From an uncultured Smithella sp. (GTDB taxonomy: Bacteria; Desulfobacterota; Syntrophia; Syntrophales; Smithellaceae), in NCBI GenBank assembly GCA_964351355.1, contig CAYGNV010000003.1, positions 1 to 34,461 of the forward strand: a DNA stretch of 34,461 nucleotides, written 5' to 3'. The position numbers and the translations under genes are program-made. Shown here piece by piece: positions 17,601 through 24,592 of the stretch; the first letter of the stretch is position 1; each line of letters starts with the position of its first letter. The notes under the pieces were generated by a model that did not search any database, was not told the origin of the DNA, and saw only the letters and a list, made by a program, of their open reading frames with translations.

Positions 17601-17727
17601 ACTCGGCACGGCGACGCTTTTCGATGATCTGTTGCGTTGGCTGGCCCTGCGCATCGAGTTCCCAATGACGCTGGGGATATTCATAGGGGGAATTTAGTAT
17701 GGGTTTTTCAAAAAAGAGATTTTCCAT
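14674..17727 (-). CDS. res: Type III restriction endonuclease Res subunit (SF2 DEAH helicase plus C-terminal PD-(D/E)xK nuclease)
   Basis: The track ORF opens with GTG at 17733. I prefer the ATG at 17727 (MENLFFEKPILNSPYEYP...), which is preceded by GAAGGTGA. Motifs: LATGTGKT, MNDEAHH, MLTEGWDA, QVIGRALRR, and YLPDF...IVEIKG near the C-terminus. Confidence 0.9.
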   Translation of the reverse strand: MENLFFEKPILNSPYEYPQRHWELDAQGQPTQQIIEKRRRAEFITPIPKPKKRKTATVQSNIVFDEGKGLSTQKQRYDPTPVINDLRYHVDKWRSFSNPNDWKVTPETARLLKHWRHHQFNTLRPFYCQIEAVETAIWLTEVAPGEKAGKAFLEHLANANNDANPNLMRLALKLATGTGKTTVMAMLIIWQTVNAVRRPNSKKFTRGFLVVTPGITIKDRLRVLQPNDPDSYYRSRELVPGDMMRDLERAKIVVTNYHAFKLRDRMELSRGGRSLLQGRGGEELKTLETEGQMIQRVMPELMGMKNILAMNDEAHHCYREKPEQDDEEELKGDDRKEAEKNNEAARLWITGLEMINRKIGLTQVIDLSATPFFLRGSGYAEGTLFPWTMCDFSLMDAIECGIVKLPRVPVADNIPGMEMPMFRNLWEHIRKDMPKKGRGKSAALDPLKLPTRLQTALEALYGHYEKTYNLWQENGMKLPPCFIVVCNNTSTSKLVYDYMSGFEHPVRADGVAPPPFLGKFALFSNFDEYGNPLARPRTLLIDSEQLESGDALDDNFRAMASLEIERFRREIIERTGDRSQAENLTDQDLLREVMNTVGKKDRLGESIRCVVSVSMLTEGWDANTVTHVLGVRAFGTQLLCEQVIGRALRRQSYDLNDDGLFNVEYADVLGIPFDFTAKPVIAPPQPPRETIRVKAVRPERDHLEIRFPRVAGYRVDLPQEKLTAEFNADSVLDLTPDLVGPTNTRNQGIIGEMVDLTLVHTGDLRRSTLLFHLTKRLLESKWRDTGEDPKYHLFGQLKRITKDWLDHCLICKGGAYPAQLMYQDLADMACNRITDGITRSLEGKNPIVAVLDSYNPTGSTMHVNFNTSRTDRWETDARRCQVNWVILDSDWEAEFCRVAESHPQVKSYVKNHSLGLEVPYNFGSQKRLYLPDFIVRVDDGHGEKDLLNQIVEIKGYRREDAKEKKSTMENYWIPGVNNNGQYGRWAFAELTEVYQIESDFKAKVEEEFNKMIEKAIR

Positions 17728-17811
17728 GTTCACTTCTTCACCTTCAGCTTTGCGGCAGATCCTGATAGCGGCAGTCCAAAATTTGATGAGAATTTACTTA
17801 TGACGGCACGG

Positions 17812-17840
17812 AGTATAAGAAGAACGAACGCGCATGTCAA
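17812..17840 (-). promoter_or_regulatory. Near-consensus sigma-70 promoter for the res-led operon
   Basis: The minus strand reads TTGACA (17840-17835), a 17-nt spacer (TGCGCGTTCGTTCTTCT), then TATACT (17817-17812). It lies about 85 nt upstream of the res ATG. The -35 lies inside the right copy of the 17-nt repeat. Confidence 0.6.
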
Positions 17841-17850
17841 TGAAATTATG
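17834..17850 (+). repeat. Right copy of the 17-nt direct repeat (ATGTCAATGAAATTATG) bracketing the defence island
   Basis: 16/17 identical to 4396..4412 in the same orientation. Confidence 0.6.
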
Positions 17851-17883
17851 GCCGCAAAAGATGAGACGTTGTGTCGATGTTTG

Positions 17884-18245
17884 TCATTGGAGATGAATTG
17901 CAGCTATTAGGGATTTAAGCAGCTTTCCGCAATCTTTCCAGCCGACTACTTTTATTTCTTTTTGCCTGTATGAATCATCTCCACCATAGATCAATGCCTT
18001 GGCGGTGTTATGGGTAATGCCGCATTCTGTGGCCAAAGAGGAAAGGTTGAGCAACTGGCCGGTTCGCCCGCGCACAGTCTCGCAAAACGCTGGAAGGTTT
18101 CCAGTTCATGAATCTTGAGCATCTGCCGGACGTCGCGTTCAACATAGGCCGTGACATAGACGGCAAACCAGTTTGCCGGGTCCAGCGCACGGTCATAAAT
18201 CGGCGGATAACATCCGGTCAGAAGCATGGCGTCAATATCGGCCTG
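17884..18245 (-). pseudogene. Decayed DUF4143-type AAA ATPase gene (N-terminally truncated, frameshifted, internally deleted)
   Basis: Two minus-strand frames together read ...LLTGCYPPIYDRALDPANWFAVYVTAYVERDVRQMLKIHELETFQRFARLCAG / (R)TGQLLNLSSLATECGITHNTAKA / LIYGGDDSYRQKEIKVVGW. The frame change near 18065-18070 fits a 1-nt loss (GGC CGA to GGCGA). The AAA domain and the middle ~150 aa expected in this family are missing. Confidence 0.6.
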
Positions 18246-18533
18246 ATGGTCCAGATGCTGGCCGGTTTGATTACCTATATCCTCCTGGCATCTATTGCCA
18301 CTGTAAAAAAAGCTTACAGAAAAGTGTATATATTTATTACATGACTCCAAACATCTAACCTGCCTAAATTGCTTCAGTAAATTACTGCAAAGAATTATAT
18401 CATTTTTTTGTGTTAATAAAATTAACATGGACATATTTTGGCGTTAAAAATCAGAACTTTTTTTGCTATAAATTAATGCAGTAATTACAAATAGATATCT
18501 AAACATATCACAATAATTTTAAAATAATATTTT

Positions 18534-18549
18534 TGGCATGCCTATTGTA
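18534..18549 (+). promoter_or_regulatory. Candidate sigma-54 (-24/-12) promoter upstream of the MFS transporter
   Basis: TGGCATGcctaTTGTA versus the consensus TGGCACG-N4-TTGCW. It matches at 14/16 positions with correct GG / TTG spacing. The -12 is GT instead of GC. It lies 82 nt upstream of the ATG at 18631, and an NtrC-type activator is encoded nearby. Confidence 0.35.
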
Positions 18550-18630
18550 TTAGTATGTTTGCAAGTAATTAATTGAATCAGGTTTATGTGCAAAAAGCAC
18601 AACCAAAAATAAGGTCTGAAGGAGGAATGT

Positions 18631-19968
18631 ATGTCGGAAGAAATTAAGAACAAAGGCTGGACGGTTGCTTCTGCCGGAACGGGAATTAATCTTGCGCTTG
18701 GAATTCTCTATGCATGGAGCATTTTTAAGGGCGCGATAGAAAAGTCTATTAACGCAGGCGGAGAAGGCGCATTTAACTGGGATCTTGCAAAACTGAACGA
18801 TCCCTATTCGGTGTGCTGTCTTGCTTTTGCATTTTCCATGATTCTTGCCGGAAAGTGTCAGGATAAATTCGGCCCCAGAGTCACCGCATTTCTCGGCGGC
18901 ATTATGGTAGGATTGGGACTTCTGTTGATTTCTCAGACCTCAAGCTATATCTACTGGGTCCTCGGGTTTGGTTTAATGGTTGGCACAGGAATCGGCTTTG
19001 GCTATTCTTCGGCCACGCCACCGGCTCTCAAGTGGTTTCCGGCCGCGAAAACAGGCCTGATCGCTGGTCTTGTTGTTGCCGGCTTTGGTCTTGCTTCAGT
19101 CTGGAGCGCGCCGTTGGCAGAATATTTATTGAAGGCATACGGCATCCACCAGGCCATGATGATATTTGGCGGTTTATTTGTGGTTGTGGTGTGCGGACTC
19201 TCCCTGTTTTTGGTCAACCCTCCCGCAGGTTATGTGCCCGGCGGTGCAGCAGCTCAATTGGCGGCAGCCTCCGCCCCGAAAAATGATGCCCCTCCCTCCG
19301 TCATGATGAAATCAGACTATTTCTGGACGCTCTGGATCATTTATTTTATCGCAGCAGGCGTTGGCCTGATGATTATTGGAAGCGTCAGCGGCATGGCCAA
19401 GAAGAGCATGGGAGATTCAGCCTTCATAGCGGTTGTGATTCTTGCCATCGGCAATGCCGCCGGCCGCATTGTGGCCGGTATTGTATCGGATAAAATCGGT
19501 CGCAAAACCACGCTAGTGGGCGTTCTGCTCCTTCAGGCGGCTTTAATGATTGCAGCCATTTCCCTCGTTGGTTCCGCAACAACCAGCGCTCTGTGGATTG
19601 TTCTTTTGGCAACATTTATCGGCTTTAACTACGGCGCAAACCTGTCGCTGTTTCCGGCATTAACCAAAGATCGTTGGGGTTTGAAATCCTTTGGCATGAA
19701 CTATGGCATTCTGTTTACGGCATGGGGCATTGGCGGTTTTGTCATGAGCAGAATGCAGCAGATGCTGACCGCGTCAACCGGCAGCTTCACCTCGTCGTTC
19801 ATCATTGCCACGATTCTACTCATCCTCGCTACCGTGGTTACCCTCACGCTCAAAACGGCCGAGCCGGTTGCAGTTCCAGTTCCAGAAGGCGCTATCTTCC
19901 AGCCACAGCTTGGTTTAACCATGGCGGACGGTGGTGAAAAAATAGAAGAAGACGATAAGAAGAAATAA
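18631..19968 (+). CDS. MFS transporter (oxalate/formate antiporter-like family)
   Basis: 445 aa and highly hydrophobic, with about 12 predicted TM segments. The layout is typical of MFS/OFA-like transporters (GKCQDKFGPR loop after TM2, SDKIGRK loop in the second half). A strong RBS GAAGGAGG is upstream. Confidence 0.8.
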   Translation: MSEEIKNKGWTVASAGTGINLALGILYAWSIFKGAIEKSINAGGEGAFNWDLAKLNDPYSVCCLAFAFSMILAGKCQDKFGPRVTAFLGGIMVGLGLLLISQTSSYIYWVLGFGLMVGTGIGFGYSSATPPALKWFPAAKTGLIAGLVVAGFGLASVWSAPLAEYLLKAYGIHQAMMIFGGLFVVVVCGLSLFLVNPPAGYVPGGAAAQLAAASAPKNDAPPSVMMKSDYFWTLWIIYFIAAGVGLMIIGSVSGMAKKSMGDSAFIAVVILAIGNAAGRIVAGIVSDKIGRKTTLVGVLLLQAALMIAAISLVGSATTSALWIVLLATFIGFNYGANLSLFPALTKDRWGLKSFGMNYGILFTAWGIGGFVMSRMQQMLTASTGSFTSSFIIATILLILATVVTLTLKTAEPVAVPVPEGAIFQPQLGLTMADGGEKIEEDDKKK

Positions 19969-19980
19969 AACCAATCAACC

Positions 19981-20020
19981 CCTTGGATGCCGCCAACGCC
20001 TGCGGGGGCGGCATCCAAGG
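19981..20020 (+). terminator. Perfect 14-bp stem hairpin after the MFS gene
   Basis: CCTTGGATGCCGCC (19981-19994), a 12-nt loop, then GGCGGCATCCAAGG (20007-20020), 13 nt after the MFS stop. There is no U-tract, so it may attenuate or stabilise the transcript rather than act as a classical intrinsic terminator. Confidence 0.45.
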
Positions 20021-20033
20021 AAAATATTACGGT

Positions 20034-20840
20034 ATGCGTGGCAACAAAATGACAGGGCGGACGGCGATGAGAAAACAAGAATATCAGATGATACCTGCGG
20101 AAGAAAAAAAGTGTATCTGGATGACTACCGGCCTGATTTCCTATAAGCTGTGCGCCCTCGATTACCTGTGTGAGGAGTGCCTGTTTGACCAGGTCATGCG
20201 AAATGAAATGAACGTCCAGGTAAGCCGGACAGTTCAACCCGCCGCTGTGGATGTTGGTGTAATCACCTGCGCAGCCGCACCCCAGGCCAGCAATGCGCTG
20301 TTCTACCACCAGAACCACTGCTGGGCAAAAGTTGAAGACCCTGACGAGGTGCGTATCGGCATGGACAGCATCCTTGCCAGACTTGTTGCCAACATTAAAA
20401 CCGTTGTGCTTCCTCAACAGGGAGAAATCGTAACACAGGGACAGTGCTTTGCGCATGTTATCCTGGCAAAACACATTCTGCAGCTCGTCTCGCCTGTTTC
20501 GGGCACTGTCGCAACTGTCAATCCGGAATTGAGAAAAAATCCTCAATTGCTTGTCCGTGCGCCCTGGGATAAGGGTTGGCTGGCGACCATTAAACCGGAC
20601 AACTTGGAGCAGGATTTGCGATCGCTCCTGTTCGGCAAAAAAGCGCTTGCGTGGTATCAGGGTAAAGAACAGATCGTCGCGCGCATGGGCGCGGCAACGC
20701 TTAATGAAAACAGCGCAGCGCTCGGCCCTACGCTGCAGGACGGCGGTGAGCCGATGCCCTGTTTTGTCAATGGGCTTTCCTCGGAACAGTTTGACCAGAT
20801 TATCGAATCCCTTTCCCGGACTGAAAATCCTGCAATCTAG
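20034..20840 (+). CDS. GcvH-like (glycine-cleavage H / lipoyl-domain fold) protein with an N-terminal 4-Cys motif
   Basis: The track ORF starts at 19983, inside the hairpin. The in-frame ATGs at 20034, 20049, 20067 and 20088 are more plausible starts. N-terminal motif: C-x12-C-x5-C-x2-C (CIWMTTGLISYKLCALDYLCEEC). The C-terminal half, HCWAKVEDPDEVRIGMD...CFAHVILAKHILQLVSPVSGTVATVN...WDKGWLATIK, aligns by eye with E. coli GcvH (EHEW...[21 protein letters not shown]...GGWIFKIK). Confidence 0.65.
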   Translation: MRGNKMTGRTAMRKQEYQMIPAEEKKCIWMTTGLISYKLCALDYLCEECLFDQVMRNEMNVQVSRTVQPAAVDVGVITCAAAPQASNALFYHQNHCWAKVEDPDEVRIGMDSILARLVANIKTVVLPQQGEIVTQGQCFAHVILAKHILQLVSPVSGTVATVNPELRKNPQLLVRAPWDKGWLATIKPDNLEQDLRSLLFGKKALAWYQGKEQIVARMGAATLNENSAALGPTLQDGGEPMPCFVNGLSSEQFDQIIESLSRTENPAI

Positions 20841-21363
20841 GGCGCAGATCGTGCATACACCGGGAACAAAATTCATCTGACTTTTGATCAATATCTTCTA
20901 CATAGGTTGAAGAATTCAGCACACACGCCGGGGTTGTGCAGTGCAAGAGCCCGAATGTATGTCCCAGCTCATGAATGGATTCTTTAATCAGCCGATCCAC
21001 CAGAAGCGCCCGGTTATCAGGCAGTCCGTAGAATTTGTTTTCCAGCCGATGCGACGAAACAACCGAGCTAATGCCGTCCAGTTGCGCCTCGCCGAAAACA
21101 AACGTCAGAATGGGAATAAACAGATCCACCTCGGCGACCCCGAGAATCTTGCCGGGGCTTGCGGGAGGATTGCCAATAAGCTGAAGAAGGATTTCAGAGG
21201 AATTGTATTGATTTCGGGCTCTGTCGTAGGCTCTCGGAAGATCTATCGGCCATTTTCCGGCGAATCTGGTTTCTATGCCGAATGCCTTCTCTATGCCCGA
21301 TTCTAAGGGTTCGCGCCAGAATCGAGAAGCCGCATGGATGGGCACAACGTAGATATAGGCCAT
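20800..21363 (-). CDS. Archaemetzincin-family (peptidase M54) zinc metalloprotease
   Basis: 187 aa. HELGHTFGLLHC...CVLN...CSRC matches the archaemetzincin signature HExxHxxGxxHC plus a distal CxxC. The gene lies 19 nt downstream of the response regulator gene. Its 3' end overlaps the convergent GcvH-like ORF by 41 nt. Confidence 0.8.
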   Translation of the reverse strand: MAYIYVVPIHAASRFWREPLESGIEKAFGIETRFAGKWPIDLPRAYDRARNQYNSSEILLQLIGNPPASPGKILGVAEVDLFIPILTFVFGEAQLDGISSVVSSHRLENKFYGLPDNRALLVDRLIKESIHELGHTFGLLHCTTPACVLNSSTYVEDIDQKSDEFCSRCMHDLRPRLQDFQSGKGIR

Positions 21364-21382
21364 AATCAGACATTCACGGTTA

Positions 21383-22735
21383 TCACATTTTTTTCAGCTG
21401 ATATTTTTCTATTTTATTATACAGGGTCAGACGGCTTATTTTGAGGAGGCTTGACGCCTGAGCAATGTTGCCGCCCGTGCGCTCCAGAATTTTTTGAATG
21501 TGCGCCTTCTCCACATCTTCCAGCGAAACGTCTTCGCCGGATGCAACTGCGGCAACCGGCGTAAAAGGGAAAGACAGGTCCTTGAGCTCAATGATGCTGC
21601 CGTGCGCGCCAACCATGGCCCGTTCGATAACATTACGCAGTTCACGAACATTCCCGGGCCATTCATACCGGGCAAGCAGATCAAGGGTTTCCGGGGTAAG
21701 GTTCGTCACGTTTTTATTCATGGATTGGGCATATTTTTTTACAAAATACCGGGCAAGAATCGGAATATCTGATTTGCGGTCGCGCAGCGGCGGAAGCACG
21801 ATGGAAAAAACATTAAGGCGATAGTATAAATCCTCCCGGAAGCTCCCATCACGCACGGCGTTTTCAAGATCCTTGTTTGTTGCGCAGACGATGCGAAAAT
21901 CGACATTGACAACCCGATCGCCGCCAAGGCGCGTAAACTGCTTTGTTTCAATCACACGCAGGAGATCCATCTGCATCTTAATGCCGATGTTGCCGATTTC
22001 ATCAAGAAAGATGGTGCCCTTGTCCGCCATCTCCAGCTTTCCGCGCCGCCGGTAGAGCGCCCCGGTATAAGCGCCTTTCTCATGGCCGAAAAGTTCGCTT
22101 TCCAGAAGCCCTTCGGCATAGGCTCCGCAGTTGATGGTAATGATGGGAAAATATCGGCGGTTGCTGTTAATGTGAATCGACCGGGCAATAAGTTCTTTGC
22201 CGGTCCCGCTTTCTCCGCGAATCATAACCGTGGAATCGGTTTGCGCCACGGTGGCAACTTTTTCCATGACCTTTTTAAGCCCCGCGCTTTCTCCCACAAT
22301 ATCGTCGGAAAATGATATTTCCTCAATCTGACATCGCAGTTGCATGTTTTCAGACAAAAGCCTGCGTTGCTCAACGGCATTTCTGATCAGATGGCTCATA
22401 TCATCCGGATCGACCGGTTTGATAATATAATCGAACGCCCCTTCTTTGAGCGCCTGAATGCTGGTGTCAACCGAAGCAAAGGCGGTGATCATAATGGTAA
22501 TGATGTTTTTATCAATCTGCTTGATTCTTCGCTGCAGCTCAAGTCCATCGATGCCCGGCATTTTGATATCCAAAAGGACAATGTCCCAGGCGCTGTTTTG
22601 AAGTTTCTGCAAGGCGGCGTTTGCGTCCTCTGCTGTTTCAACGCGATAGCCGTCAAACTTGAACCATTTGCCGAGCGCATCGCGCACCGATGCCTCATCA
22701 TCAACAATCAGTATGCCTATATCCGAAGGTTTCAT
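21383..22735 (-). CDS. Sigma-54-dependent response regulator (NtrC family: receiver + AAA+ + Fis-type HTH)
   Basis: 450 aa. Features: ILIVDDE...D in the receiver domain, GESGTGKE Walker A, the GAYTGA (GAFTGA-type) sigma-54 contact loop, and a C-terminal AQASSLLKISRLTLYNKI HTH. There is an ATGA start/stop overlap with the kinase gene at 22732-22735. Confidence 0.9.
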   Translation of the reverse strand: MKPSDIGILIVDDEASVRDALGKWFKFDGYRVETAEDANAALQKLQNSAWDIVLLDIKMPGIDGLELQRRIKQIDKNIITIMITAFASVDTSIQALKEGAFDYIIKPVDPDDMSHLIRNAVEQRRLLSENMQLRCQIEEISFSDDIVGESAGLKKVMEKVATVAQTDSTVMIRGESGTGKELIARSIHINSNRRYFPIITINCGAYAEGLLESELFGHEKGAYTGALYRRRGKLEMADKGTIFLDEIGNIGIKMQMDLLRVIETKQFTRLGGDRVVNVDFRIVCATNKDLENAVRDGSFREDLYYRLNVFSIVLPPLRDRKSDIPILARYFVKKYAQSMNKNVTNLTPETLDLLARYEWPGNVRELRNVIERAMVGAHGSIIELKDLSFPFTPVAAVASGEDVSLEDVEKAHIQKILERTGGNIAQASSLLKISRLTLYNKIEKYQLKKM

Positions 22736-24213
22736 GCTCTGGTACTCCTGTCTGCAATTTGTCCGGTGACTAACGTTTTCTGAACACGGGGCAGCGTAAC
22801 CGTGAACTCCGTGCCGCTGCCGGCATTGGACACAACATCGATTGTCCCGCGATAATGCTGCACGATGCCGTACACGGATGAAAGGCCAAGCCCTAAACTT
22901 TTGTTTGATTCTTTCGTTGAGAAGAATGGGTCAAAAATATGCGGCAGCGCATCCTCAGGTATGCCCGCGCCATTGTCGATGACTTTGATCTGAACCACTT
23001 CCTGATCCTGATAGTCGGTCCGGATAATTATTTTCCTGCCCTGGGGGGATGCTTCTATTGCATTGACAATCAGCGCAACCATTATCTGCTGGATCGCACT
23101 TGCGTCGCACTGGAGATAATCATCGCCGCAATCCAGCTCGGAGACCAGTTCGATGTTTTTCATTTTTGCGCTGTGATCAATTACTTTAGCACTAAGATCA
23201 ATAATTTCATTAACATGAGCATCTTTAATCTCGCCGGTTGAACGTTTGGCAAATAAAAGCAGGTTCTTCACAATGTCGCCGCACCGCTTCGCTTCGGTTG
23301 CGATAAAAGAAAGGTTTTCTCTGATGGATGCAAGTGTTTCAGATGTGATTGTTTCCTGCCCGAGGTACCTGGTGGAAAGTTTTGCGTAGGAAAGAATGCC
23401 GGACAGGGGATTATTGATTTCATGCGCGACCATCGCCGAAAGCCTTCCTAAAGAAGCAAGCTTTTCAGAAAGGGCGAGGCTGGATCGCGTTTTTCTTAAT
23501 TCCGCTTCGACTGTCTTTTGCCGTCGATGTGTTTGAAAGCTGATGCTGATAATGCTGCACAGAAGCAGCGTCATGATGAAAAGGATGACCAGCGAAATTT
23601 GAATGACTTTGTCGGTGAGCAGGGCAATATCCGCCTTAATGTCTTCAATATAACTGCCGGTTCCAATGATCCATCCCCATGGCGCAAAACCTTTGATATA
23701 GGAAATTTTGTGCAGCACGAGATTCTGATTACCATAGGACTGCCATCTATACTGCACAAATCCCGAGCCGTGTTTTTTCACGATATTGACATTTTCAACA
23801 AAGACGCGATTACCGTCATGGTCAATATAATCGCTGAGATTTCTGTTGTACAGGTCGGTGCGGTACGGATGCAGAATCATCGCCGGCGTCATGTCGTTGA
23901 TCCAGAAATAGCCTTTGTCGCCCTGCCCGTAGTGCATATTGCTGATTTGTTCAATGGCCTGACGTTGAGCCTGTTCGCGCGTCAGCAGTCCGTTGTGTTC
24001 ATCGCTTTCAAGTTTCGCAAGAATATTCCATGCAACATTGGTCAGCTCGCGGATCATTTCCCGTTTTCGCTCGAGACTGTTTTTCTCGATCGCGGGTATG
24101 ATCATAAACAAAATGCCGGAGATAAAAAGAATGATCGTCAGTATCGTCGGAACGACAACACGTATAAGAAACGGCTTCCAGGGAAAAGGGATATGAGGTG
24201 AAATCATATGCAA
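22732..24213 (-). CDS. Sensor histidine kinase with a periplasmic single-Cache-type domain
   Basis: 493 aa. Two TM segments flank a Cache-like region (GYFWINDMTPAMILHPY). The H-box is MVAHEINNPL. The HATPase N/G boxes are NAIEA and DNGAGI...GLGLS. Confidence 0.88.
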   Translation of the reverse strand: MHMISPHIPFPWKPFLIRVVVPTILTIILFISGILFMIIPAIEKNSLERKREMIRELTNVAWNILAKLESDEHNGLLTREQAQRQAIEQISNMHYGQGDKGYFWINDMTPAMILHPYRTDLYNRNLSDYIDHDGNRVFVENVNIVKKHGSGFVQYRWQSYGNQNLVLHKISYIKGFAPWGWIIGTGSYIEDIKADIALLTDKVIQISLVILFIMTLLLCSIISISFQTHRRQKTVEAELRKTRSSLALSEKLASLGRLSAMVAHEINNPLSGILSYAKLSTRYLGQETITSETLASIRENLSFIATEAKRCGDIVKNLLLFAKRSTGEIKDAHVNEIIDLSAKVIDHSAKMKNIELVSELDCGDDYLQCDASAIQQIMVALIVNAIEASPQGRKIIIRTDYQDQEVVQIKVIDNGAGIPEDALPHIFDPFFSTKESNKSLGLGLSSVYGIVQHYRGTIDVVSNAGSGTEFTVTLPRVQKTLVTGQIADRSTRA

Positions 24214-24348
24214 ATAATACTTTTTTTATTAGAACAGAAAACGTCTTGCCACCATATAGAACCCGCAATCATAACGCAAGGAAAAACAAACATCTTGTAC
24301 CATTTACTACCATCAAGATCAGCTCTTTATATTATTATCCCAGATTCC

Positions 24349-24483
24349 GCAATAGAGTTTAAAGTTGGCAATTCGTTCTACAATGAAAAGAGATGGCATA
24401 ATAGTTTTGACAAAAAGACTCCGAATATGGTTTACTTCAGTACAGCACACAATCGCAGAAACAGGTTGCGGCATGAACTTTAA
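24349..24483 (+). mobile_element. Probable remnant of an IS3-like transposase C-terminus (rve domain tail)
   Basis: AIEFKVGNSFYNEKRWHNSFDKKTPNMVYFS resembles the conserved ...FYNxERPHxSLGxKTPxEVY tail of DDE integrase-core transposases. There is no upstream catalytic region and I recognised no terminal inverted repeats. Confidence 0.35.
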
Positions 24484-24592
24484 CCCAGGGCAACTTCCCA
24501 CTTATAAATCCCTGTTCCATGTCCTAAGAACCCAGACCACCTGTCTATTCACAGTATTTAAAACGTAGCATGATTGATATGGAGCTTAAACA

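Noticed and set aside
19701-20891. 396-aa minus-strand ORF, the longest unexplained ORF in the track
   Set aside because: It runs antisense to the 3' end of the MFS gene and the whole GcvH-like gene. Its translation has no recognisable motifs and has odd Arg/Cys/Phe-rich composition, while the plus-strand ORFs have clear family signatures. It is most likely a shadow ORF.
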